From assembly GCF_020745735.1 (NCBI RefSeq), contig NC_083412.1, positions 21,198,235-21,262,234 of the forward strand: a stretch of DNA of 64,000 nt. The letters run 5' to 3'. The notes beneath the pieces were generated by a model that saw only the letters and a list, made by a program, of their open reading frames with translations, was not told the DNA's origin and searched no databases. The translations under genes and the position numbers were made by a program. Source of the stretch: Hemiscyllium ocellatum. Lineage: Eukaryota. Each line of letters starts with the position of its first letter. Position 1 is the stretch's first letter. Of the stretch, positions 1 to 10,187 are shown piece after piece.

Positions 1-1627
1 GCCTTCTAGCACCTCACCTGTGACTATCGATGGTACAAATATCTCAGCAAGGGGACCTTTCAATCACTTCCCTTGTTTCCCACAGAGTTCTAGGGTACAC
101 CTGATCAGGTCCTGGACTCCCTGACCCCAAGGAAAAAACTTTGTTTATTTATCCTATCCATGCCCCTCATGATTTTATAAATCTCTATAAAGTCATCTCT
201 CAGCCTCCAATGCTCCAGGGAAAACAGCCCCAGCCTATTCAACCTCTCCCTATAGCTCAAATCTTCCAACCCTAGCAAGATCTTCGTAAATCTTTACTGA
301 ACGTTTTCAAATATCACAACATCTTTCTGATAGGAAGGAGACCAGAATTGCACACAATATTCCAACAGTGGCCTAACCAATGTCCTGTACAGCTGCAATA
401 TGACCTCCCAACTTCTGTACTTAACACTCTGACCAATAAAGGAAAGCATACCAAATGCCTCCTTCACTATCCTATATACTTGACAGCCCACTTTCAAGGA
501 GCTATGAACCTGCACTCCAAGGTCTCTTTGTTCAGCAACACTCCCTCGGACTTTACCATTAAGTGTATACGTCCTGCTAAGATTTGCTTTCCCAAAATGC
601 AGCACCTCACATTTATCTGAATTAAACTCCAACTGCCACTCCTCAGCCCATTGGCCCATCTGATCAAGATCCTGTTGTAATCGGAGGTAACCTTCACTGT
701 CCACTACACCTCCAATTTTGGTGTCATCTACAAACTTACTAACTATACCTCTAATGCTCACATCCAAATCATTCATATAAATGAAGAAAAGTAATGGACC
801 CAGCACCGATTCTTGTGGCACTCCACTGGTTACAGGCCTCTAGTCTAAAAAACAAACCACCACCACCCTCTGTCTTTTACCTTTGAGCCAATTCTGTATC
901 CAAATTGCTAGTTCTGTATGTATTCTATGAGATCTAACCTTGCTAACCAGTCTTCCATGGGGAGCTTTGTCAAACACCTTATTGAAGTCCATATAGATCA
1001 TATCTACTTCTCTGCCCTCATCAATCCTCTTTGTTATTTCTTCAAAAAACTCAGTCAAGTTTGAGAGACATGATTTCCCATGCATAAAGCCATGCACAGA
1101 AACAGACCCCTCCGTCCAACTCGCCCATACGGACCAGACATCCCAACCAAATCGAGTTCCACCTGCCAGTTTATATCCCTCCAAACTCTTCCTATTCATA
1201 TACCCAACCAGATGCCTCTTAAATGCTGGAATCATACTAACCTCTACCACTTCCTCTGGCAGCTCATTCAATATACGTATCACCCTCTGCGTGAAATGGT
1301 TGCCCTTTAGGTCTCTTTTATATCTTTCCCCTCTCACCCTTAACCTATGCTTTCCACTGGCTCACTGGTCTATAGTTCCCTGACTTGTCCTTACCACCCT
1401 TCTTAAATAGTGTCACCAAGTTAGCCAACCTCCAGCCTTCTGGCACCTCACCTGTGACTATCGATGGTACAAATATCTCAGCAAGGGGACCTTTCAATCA
1501 CTTCCCTCGTTTCCCAGAGTTCTAGGGTACACCTGATCAGGTCCTGGGGATTTATCCACTGTTGTGTTTCAGGACATCCAGCACTTCCTCCTCTGTAATA
1601 TAGACATTTTTCAAGATGTCACCATCT
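1..1627 (-). mobile_element. Rearranged cluster of CR1/HER1 LINE fragments (SUCLA2 intron 2)
   Basis: PQESVLGPLLF..FVDDTKIGG..LEYCVQFWSP; CLSNLTEFFEE..DFNKVFDKAPHGRL; an internal CR1 3' tail at ~1091-1349. Confidence 0.9.
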
Positions 1628-2554
1628 TGTGGAGTAGAAAGCTGATCTATTTTACCTAAAATCTAATAAAGCAGACAAGAGTTTTCATCCATATCATAAC
1701 TTCTCACATCTTCAAAAAAATGCCAAAGCATTCTATAATCAATGGATTACACTTGAAATGTTACACATCTAATTTTAGCCCAGCAGGCTTCCACAAACAG
1801 TAAACATAAAATGAGGTGGCAAGATATTAGGTAAGGGCAGAATACTGGCTTGAACATCAAGTTAAGAATTTCAACTTTTTGTGGAGAAATTCCATTTCCT
1901 CTGGTTTGGGAGTCATTGATAATGTATAAAAAAAGGGTTAGAAGAAAACTGTTGTATATTGCTGAAAAGAAACGTTCACCAAAAATTTTCTTCTTCCGCT
2001 CATCAGGACAAACTTTGGAAGCTAAATTTCTAATTATCACAGGAATTTATACAACGGGAGAAAACGGTACTGAGAAAAAAAAAGTGGGAACTATAGACTC
2101 TCCAAACTACTCCACAGTTCAAAAAGAAGTGCAAGATTTAAAAATATGCCTTTTATTTGCATAGAACAGATCCCTACGTATGAAAGTATATTGTTCCTAT
2201 GGAAAAAAGTGAACTATGTTACAAGCTTGATTGATTTATATTAAATTGATTATTAGCACAGCTGTTAGGCCACTCACACTGCACTCAAATTCATAGACTA
2301 TGTTGTTTAATTGCATTGTTTTGGACTGATGGCAGCATCCTATTATTGGAAACTACTGTTCAAGTGGCCAGTGTGTAGTAAAAGCATGAAATGGTTTACT
2401 TAATCTGAGATACTTTACCTTTCCAGGATATTAAAGTATACAGAGTACGTCTTAGATCCAAAGGCCTTTGGCCCATTTGCTTGGCAAAATAGGGTACTAG
2501 CTATTTATTCACCTCAGTAAGCTTGGCACAGAAATACAGCACATCAAAGTAATC

Positions 2555-3710
2555 TTGCAGAACACTGTCTATGTGATCTTCTCCACATCAGGGAAATGAA
2601 GCGCAGATTTGGTGACCAATTCCCAGAAAACTTATGCTCCAATTGCTCGCCATGTCTTCACACTACCTTGTTTTCTGGCCAATATCTCTGTCTCAGGCTG
2701 GCTGCAGTGCTCCAGCAAAACTCAGCACAAGCTTGAAGACCAATATCTCATTTTCCACTTGGGAAACCTGCAGCCTTTTGGACTTAATATTGAGTTCAAC
2801 AATTTTAGGACGTTAGCACCCTTCCACTTGCTTTCCTCCATCTCCACAGACCAGGCCTTGTCTACCACACAAACACATTGTCAGCCACAAATAGTCCCCA
2901 TTAGCAGCTAATCATGCCCCAAGACTGGTTAGGCCTCTGTTGGAATATTGCGTGCAATTCTGGTCTCCTTCCTATCGGAAAGATGTTGTGAAACTTGAAA
3001 GGGTTCAGAAAGGATTTGCAAGGATGTTGTCAGGGTTGGAGAATTTGAGGTATAGGGAGAGGCTGAACAGGCTGGGGCTGAGGGGTGGCCTTATAGAGGT
3101 TTACAAAATCATGAGGGGCATGGATAGGATAAATAGACAAGGTCTTTTCCCTGGGCTCGAGGAGTCCAGAACTAGAGGGCATAGGTTTAGGGTGAGAGGG
3201 GAAAGATATAAAAGAGACCTAAGGGGCAACTTTTTCACGCAGAGGGTGGTATGTGTGTGGAATGAGCTGCCAGAGGATGTGGTGGAGGCTGGTACAATTG
3301 CAACATTTAAAAGGCATCTGGATGTGTATATGAATAGGAAGGGTTTGGAGGGATATGGGCCTGATGCTGGCAAGTGGGACTAGATTGGGTTGGGATATCT
3401 GGTCGGCATGGACCAAAGAGTCTTTTTCCATGCTGTACATCTCTATGACTCTAACCACTCTTTTGTCTGTCTAATTGTTTCTCGCTCTGTTTGGGCTCTA
3501 TCTTCATCTATTGTTAACTCTCTCCTCTTCCCCTCACTCCATCTTCTGTTTAACAAAATGTTTTTTTCCAAGCTACCATCAGTTCTTAAGGGTCACTGAG
3601 CCCAAAATGTTAACTTTGATTTCTCTCTACAGATGCTGCCAGACCTGCTGAGATTTTACAACAATCCGTTTTTGTTTCAGATTTCCAGCATCTGCAGTTT
3701 TTCATTTTTT
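2555..3710 (+). mobile_element. Penelope-like remnant (GIY-YIG end plus pLTR) interrupted by a CR1 3' fragment (2923-3452)
   Basis: KLEDQYLIFHLGNLQPFGLNIEF (GIY-YIG C-terminus); CR1 ORF 2940-3383; pLTR-type end 3580-3705. Confidence 0.75.
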
Positions 3711-4221
3711 TGTCTGATGATAACATTGTTTATCTTGCACTCTAGTTTAAAGAAACTTGATGTAATCTGGAACTTAGCATATAAAGAAACTTGTGAAACA
3801 GATATTCCTTATCAAAAGAAAATTGCAAGATCTACAAAGGTCAGGCAGTATCTTTACAGATAATGGGCATGCCAATATTTTTGGCATTTAGATTTCACTA
3901 AAACTGATAACTAAAGGTTAAGAAAGCATCATAGGAAGATTGGGAACAAAGATAAGCTGTGATTAAGGTAATAGTCTTCTTCTCTTACTTCTCTATCTTC
4001 TCAAACTGAAATGCTTATTTATCATTAAATTTCAGTTATTTACTGATAACTCACCCCAAAACACAAACTACAGTCCTGTCAAGATTATTCATTTTCCATC
4101 ACAATATTGACCTTACAGCTGTTGTCAGACTTCATTCACATTTGAGGTAAACATGAATCTAAAATTCTCATTGTTTTAATTCACAAGCAATAAAGCAATT
4201 TCAATTTCATTGCCATCATAC

Positions 4222-4405
4222 CAATTGCTTTGGCAGCAGAATATGCTTCATCTGGTGTAGAAACAGCTTTCCCACTGGGTACAGAGATGCCAGCATCCTT
4301 TAGCAATCCAATACTTATGTACTCATGCAAGGAAAGGTTTCTCTGCTGTCGCTGAATGTTTTGCATACCATGGACTGAAAGTAAGCCAGAAGACCTGCCA
4401 AACAC
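4222..4405 (-). CDS. SUCLA2: SUCLA2 coding exon 2 (gene continues beyond the left edge of the window)
   Basis: tttag|GTG acceptor, G|GTATG donor; VFGRSSGLLSVHGMQNIQRQQRNLSLHEYISIGLLKDAGISVPSGKAVSTPDEAYSAAKAIG matches SUCLA2 QQRNLSLHEY..PDEAY..AK.LG. Confidence 0.95.
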
Positions 4406-4481
4406 CTAAAGAATTTAAAACAAACAATCATAACTTGCATTAAATTTTAAAATAAAAATTCAAATTGAAGATAAATTATTG

Positions 4482-4835
4482 GGAGATGGTGTCGTAGCAG
4501 ACGGAACTAATAATCTAAAAGCCCAGGCTAACGCTCTGGGGGGACAGGTTGAAGTCACTCTATGATAGCTCATGGAATTTAAAATTCAGTCAATAATTGT
4601 GAAATATAAAAATAGTCTCAATAATGCCCATTAGAATTACTGAATGCTCTGGAAACCTATCTGATTCACAAAAAAGTTCTTTAGGAAAGGGAAAATGCCA
4701 GAGACCCACAGCAATGTGCTTAATCCTTAACTGCCTGCTGAAATCATCTAGCAAACCACTCAAATCAAAGGGAATTATACAGATGGACAGATGGGCAACA
4801 AATGCCGGCCTTACTTGCAGCTCCCACACCCCATA
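4482..4835 (+). mobile_element. Degenerate SINE-like repeat with an L2-type tail
   Basis: Tail GATGGGCAACAAATGCCGGCC..CCCACA resembles the 3' ends at 21020 and 38030; a related reverse copy lies at ~47245-48110. Confidence 0.45.
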
Positions 4836-5783
4836 AAAGAATAAAGACAGCATTATATTAATAACTGGATCAATGTTTCATTAAATGAGGACAGCCAAAA
4901 GCCCAAAGGACTTTGCAGGTCATTGCAGCAGTCTAGCCTAACTAGTACTTGCATTAAAAAGAAATTTAACAACTCGTCTGTTGTTCTTTCAAGACAAAGC
5001 ATTTGCAAGAAGAACTGCCACCATTATGTGCCATGCTATTCAGAGTTTAAAAAGAGAGAGAGAACCTCATCAGGTACTATCATTAACTAGCTGATGGACA
5101 TCGAAGACCACTTTTGACAAGGCTGCAGTGGACTCAACATTAATAACCTAGGGAAACGTTGACCATCTATCAATCTTTCAACTACCCTGGCGATATTCTT
5201 TTGATGTGCAAATAAATCCTAATCCTGGATGGCACTGGAATTATACAAGCAAATACTGGACAGCAAAAATAAATCTCTAATTTCATCTTTGTAACAATAA
5301 AAATATAAAATATTAAATCTTGAAGACAAAACTTTGGAATATATGGTGTTGTCATTTTTCCTGTTAAGTTAAATCACAAATTGATATATTACATGCACAC
5401 CTTTTGAGGAATAGCAATTCATTCAAAGTTTTGAATTTAGAACTGATTTTTTTTTAATGCAAGGAAAACTCAGGTCTGGTAGCACCTGTGGAGAGTGAAG
5501 CAGCTTTCAAGTTTCAGAGTGATGACGTTTTGCCAAAATGTGAGTTCAGATGATTGGGGACCAACCTGAAATTTTTCTTTAAACTTTACTCTGGTCATAA
5601 TTGTGAAATCCAAAGTTCATATCATTATTCCATTTAAACTGAAAACAACTTCAGAAGTCCAGGTGTATGCAGAAATCCACAATTTGCTATGTGAATACTT
5701 CAGCTTGATTAGTTGCCTACCTGCCTGCTAACATCACCACTGCACATAAAGCCAACCCTATGACTTGGCACAAGATTTAAAGT

Positions 5784-5934
5784 GCTGCAAATGTGTTGCT
5801 GGTCAAAGCACAGCAGGTTAGGCAGCATCTCAGGAATAGAGAATTCGACGTTTCGAGCATAAGCCCTTCATCAGGAATAAGAGAGAGAGAGCCAAGCAGG
5901 CTGAGATAAAAGGTAGGGAGGAGGGACTAGGGGG
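5784..5934 (-). mobile_element. Short Penelope-pLTR-derived insertion carrying a minimal hammerhead motif
   Basis: TSD AGATTTAAAGT at 5773-5783 and 5935-5945; hammerhead motif 5843-5878. Confidence 0.8.
5843..5878 (-). ncRNA. Minimal type I hammerhead ribozyme motif
   Basis: ATTC-CTGATGA-A-GGGC-TTAT-GCTC-GAAA-CG-TC-GAAT: core CUGAUGA/GAAA, GUC cleavage triplet, palindromic ACGU stem III, one extra A before stem II. Confidence 0.65.
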
Positions 5935-6336
5935 AGATTTAAAGTACCATGATAAACTACCAAGCCCATCACAGAGATCACAGGATCTTTCCCAGTTTCT
6001 TTCTTAGACTTCAGCAGCCTTCATTTAGTGCTGAATGCACAATCTAGGTTGCTCACTCCACTTTTCTCCAGAGATGCTGCCAGACTAAGTAGTTCCAGTA
6101 TTTTTGGATTTCATATTTCTAATAGTCACAATATTTTGCTCTGATATCTGGAAAATATATTCAAACTCTTTCAGGCCTAAGTTTCTCCAGCAATTTGTTT
6201 TTGCTTTAGATCTTCAGCACCCACAATTTTTTGTTTTGCCTTACTTAAGATATCCATTTGGCCCACCCAGTTTGTAACAGTGTTTATGCTCCACTCCTAT
6301 CTTTTCTCATCAAAATCTACATTGTAATTCTCTATT

Positions 6337-6655
6337 GGGGCAGCACAGTGGCTCAGCAGTTAGCACTCACCCAGGTTAGAGTCCAGCCTCAGGCGACTGT
6401 CTGTGTGGAGTTTGCATATTCTCCCAGTGTCTGCATGGGTTTCCTCCCATGATTCAAAGATGTGCAGGTTAAGTGAATTGGCCATGCTAAGTTGCCCATA
6501 GTGTTCTAGGATGTGTGGGTTAGGTACATTAGTCAGGGGTAAGTGTGGGATAATGGGGTAGGGGAATGGGTCTGGGTGGGTTGCTCTTCAGAGGCTGGGT
6601 GTGGATTTGTTGGGCCGAAGGGCCTGTTTCCACACTATAGGGATTTTATTCTATT
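6337..6655 (+). mobile_element. HE1-like V-SINE
   Basis: tRNA-like head, V-domain TGTGTGGAGTTTGCA..TCTCC, CR1-type tail GGGCCGAAGGGCCTGTTTCCACACT. Confidence 0.85.
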
Positions 6656-7717
6656 CTATCCTCTCTTCATGTTTGTTTGACTTTCCCTGCAACCATTTGT
6701 GCTACTTTTTTCAATAATTCAATATAGTTGTGACTGCCACATTGTCACCATCCCACGTGAGGTAGTTTCTTATAAATTCATGATAGGATTTCTTAGTGAC
6801 TATTATGTTGCAGGCTTCCAGTTATTCGTCCCCACAAGAGAAAACATTTCTCACATATTCATTCGTATCAAAACTTTGATAAGAGACTTGAATAGGTAAG
6901 AAGTTTAGGAAAGGAATTCAAAATCTTCAGGCCTACACAACCGAAGGAATAATCAGTAATGGTGCAGCAAAGCAATTGAGGAGATAGGGGATGCAGAAGA
7001 GATGAGTTCAGAAGAACAATTCTCAAGAGTTGTACACTGGGTAAGATTATCGAAAGGCCACTGAGGGATTTTCATCACTAAACTGAGATGATTAAGCTCG
7101 TGGTGAAACAAAAGCCAATTCACATCAGCAAACGGTTATGATTGATCAACAAAGGAGTGAGAAAGTTCAGATATCAGATTTTGCCTAAACTCAAGCTCAG
7201 AGGGTGGAAGCTAAGAGTTGGCATATCAGAATAGTCAATTTGGGTAAATTACGGGACTTTGAAATCGTAAATAATGTCATTGCCACTTTGCTTAAACCCA
7301 CTTGCCAAGTTTATTTGGGGCAGACGAGTGAAGCAATCACACCCCGGCTGAGAGGCATTGACTGTAGTTTCACAAGCAGCTCTGGGAAGCCTGTCAGCAC
7401 CGCAAACCTTTCTAGCATGCAAACCTGAACCTGAGCACCAGCTGGGCTGGGTAGCAATGCAAGCGGGAACACGGGATGGACAAGGTTGCGCGTGCCACTC
7501 ACAGAAACCCCGAGGGTCACGGTGACACTTGGGGCAGGGTCAGCGCTGTCACGTGCACCCTCTTCAGAACGATCGCGAGCTCCGTTTGAATCGCCAGCGC
7601 CGACCTCCCCAGCTCACCGTCCCCTCCCGCTCCGGGCCGGGCCGATCAGCTGGCAAACTAGCCACAGATCAACACCTCCTTCCCTTTAATCCACCACTTT
7701 CACTTCCCATGACTCAC

Positions 7718-7810
7718 CGTGTCCCCTCCACGGGGATGACAGACACGAACACCGCGGCAGCAACAGCAGCCTCGCCGAGCCGCAAACAAGAAGCATCCCA
7801 CCGCCGCCAT
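7718..7810 (-). CDS. SUCLA2: Succinate-CoA ligase ADP-forming beta subunit, coding exon 1 (putative mitochondrial targeting peptide)
   Basis: ACCATGGCGGCG start in a CpG-rich region; 93 nt (MAAVGCFLFAARRGCCCCRGVRVCHPRGGDT) ending at an ACG|GTGAGT donor, phase 0, in frame with exon 2. The peptide is poorly conserved, so the call rests on position and phase. Confidence 0.75.
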
Positions 7811-7950
7811 GGTCAGCTCTATCTCCAACGTCGGGAATGCGCAGGCGTGGGACCAATAGGACCTGGGGCCCCAAATCAACCAATCAGAATCCGCGGCCGA
7901 GGCAAGGCGAGGGATTCAATGACAATGACAATGACAGCTCGGCCTGGTGC
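7811..7950 (-). promoter_or_regulatory. SUCLA2 CpG-rich promoter / 5'UTR
   Basis: CpG-dense from ~7430 to 7950; NRF1-like TGCGCAGGCGT 7838-7848; CCAAT boxes at 7853-7857 and 7880-7884. Confidence 0.7.
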
Positions 7951-8370
7951 CACTTTGGGATGGTTCTGATGCTGGTGACCTGAAAATGCTGGAAGTCATC
8001 AATAGGCCTGGCAAATAGAGAAAGAGGTTTAGACATTTCAGAAATAGGATGTCTCAGTCTCCAGATTTTCTTCAGATTTGTAGTTCCTGTTGTTTGGCGT
8101 ATTTAATTAACTTTGTTCTAGGCTGTTGACTCCCCAGAGGCCAGTATCCCATCACTAAGTCACCTTTTATTTTAAAGGTGGAGAGTCCTTGCCACTGATC
8201 CAACTTCTTCAGAGTCAACTCCAAGAGTGTCAGGATGTATGACACTCCTGCATTTGATTTGAAGATGCCAGTATTGGACTGGGATATACAAAAGCACTAG
8301 CTTCCAAATAAACCTTTTGGACTATAACCTGGTGTTAAGTGATTTTTAACTTTGTACTCCTGTATATATT

Positions 8371-9350
8371 TTTTTTTTCTTTTTTTTTCTTTTTTTAAAT
8401 TAACCCCCACACTACCGCCTAACTGCGGTAGTGCTTATTTTTTTCCCAGCACCCATGGTGTGTGTGTGTGTGTGTGCAGCTGTGAGACACAGTGAGAGAC
8501 ATAAAGTGCACAAATCTTTATTTAATTTCCACCACCAGGAAAAGTAGGAAAACACCCGAGTGGCCTGTGACGAGCAGTGCCCTTCACATGAAAGGGCAAT
8601 GCTGTGTGATCAAAACAGTGAAGGGGAGGGCAGGGACTAAATCAAAATAGAGTTGGAGGGGGAAATGATGCACTCCACTCCCTGCGGCGCCCACCTCTCC
8701 CTGAACAACTCCAGGGTGTTGGTGGACACCGCGTGCTCCTTCTCCAAGGACACCCGGGCCCTAACGTAACCGCGGAAGAGGGGCAGGCAGTCGGCCCTAA
8801 CGACCCCCTCCACGGCCCGCTGCCTGGACCTGTTTATGGCCAGTTTGGCCAGGCCCAGGAGCAGACCCACGAGGAGGTCTTCAGACCTGCCCTCCCTCCT
8901 CCGCACCGGGTGCCCGAAGATCAGGAGCGTGGGACTGAAGTGCAACCAAAAGCAGAGGAGAAGGTTTTTCAGAAAATCAAAAAGGGAGTGCAAACGCCCA
9001 CACCCAACATACACATGGTCCACGGACTCCACAGCGCCACAGAACAAGCAGTTGGGCTGGGAGTCCGTGAACCACCGCAATCTGCGGTTGCAGGGGACTG
9101 CTGCGTGCAGCACCCTCCACCCCAGATCCCCGAGAGAAAGGGGGAGGACTCCTGCGTAGAGAGCCCTCCACTGGGGATCCCCACCGCCCGGTGGCAAATG
9201 GGCACGCCAGGGCGTGTCCGGGCGGTGGATGAGGGAGAAGAGGTGGACGGTGTGCAGCAGCAGTCGATATAGGACACACCTTTTAACGTCCTTGAACGGG
9301 ACAAAGTTAAAATTTCGGAGGCGGCTCAGGTTGTGGGGCACAGGCTCCCG
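8371..9350 (-). mobile_element. 5'-truncated Tx1-clade (L1 group) non-LTR retrotransposon, copy with full 3'UTR and poly(A)
   Basis: ORF 8637-9341 resembles the Tx1 ORF2 C-terminus (DLGWRVLH..CLFCG..ESVDHVYVGC zinc finger; LLLGLAKLAI); poly(A) 8369-8396 on the minus strand; flanked by CCTGTATATATT. Confidence 0.85.
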
Positions 9351-9362
9351 CCTGTATATATT

Positions 9363-10187
9363 TTTTTTTTTTTTTTTTTTTCTCTTTTACACCCGAGTGG
9401 CCTGTGACGAGCAGTGCCCTTCCCATCAAAGGGCAATGCTGTGTGATCAAAACAGTGAAGGGGAGGGCAGGGACTAAATCAAAATAGAGTTGGAGGGGGA
9501 AATGATGCACTCCACTCCCTGCGGCGCCCACCTCTCCCTGAACAACTCCAGGGTGTTGGTGGACACCGCGTGCTCCTTCTCCAAGGACACCCGGGCCCTA
9601 ACGTAACCGCGGAAGAGGGGCAGGCAGTCGGCCCTAACGACCCCCTCCACGGCCCGCTGCCTGGACCTGTTTATGGCCAGTTTGGCCAGGCCCAGGAGCA
9701 GACCCACGAGGAGGTCTTCAGACCTGCCCTCCCTCCTCCGCACCGGGTGCCCGAAGATCAGGAGCGTGGGACTGAAGTGCAACCAAAAGCAGAGGAGAAG
9801 GTTTTTCAGAAAATCAAAAAGGGAGTGCAAACGCCCACACCCAACATACACATGGTCCACGGACTCCACAGCGCCACAGAACAAGCAGTTGGGCTGGGAG
9901 TCCGTGAACCACCGCAATCTGCGGTTGCAGGGGACTGCTGCGTGCAGCACCCTCCACCCCAGATCCCCGAGAGAAAGGGGGAGGACTCCTGCGTAGAGAG
10001 CCCTCCACTGGGGATCCCCACCGCCCGGTGGCAAATGGGCACGCCAGGGCGTGTCCGGGCGGTGGATGAGGGAGAAGAGGTGGACGGTGTGCAGCAGCAG
10101 TCGATATAGGACACACCTTTTAACGTCCTTGAACGGGACAAAGTTAAAATTTCGGAGGCGGCTCAGGTTGTGGGGCACAGGCTCCCG
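9363..10187 (-). mobile_element. Second tandem Tx1-clade copy with shorter 3'UTR and its own poly(A)
   Basis: ORF 9474-10178 gives the same protein as 8637-9341 (offset 837 bp); poly(A) 9361-9388; same 5' junction. Confidence 0.85.

Noticed and set aside
840-1337. 165-aa ORF with the CR1 C-terminus preceding the RT core
   Set aside because: Chance in-frame chimera of adjacent CR1 fragments.
2410-2520. Strong minus-strand donor AAG|GTAAAG in SUCLA2 intron 2
   Set aside because: The upstream sequence does not encode the expected exon 3 motif (VIKAQVLAGGRGKG), so exon 3 must lie outside the window.
6337-6400. tRNA-like A/B-box heads
   Set aside because: These are SINE heads, not tRNA genes; no full cloverleaf.
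8733-10141. Several duplicated alternative-frame and antisense ORFs (179, 107, 111 and 100 aa)
   Set aside because: Shadow frames of the GC-rich Tx1 ORF2 fragment.
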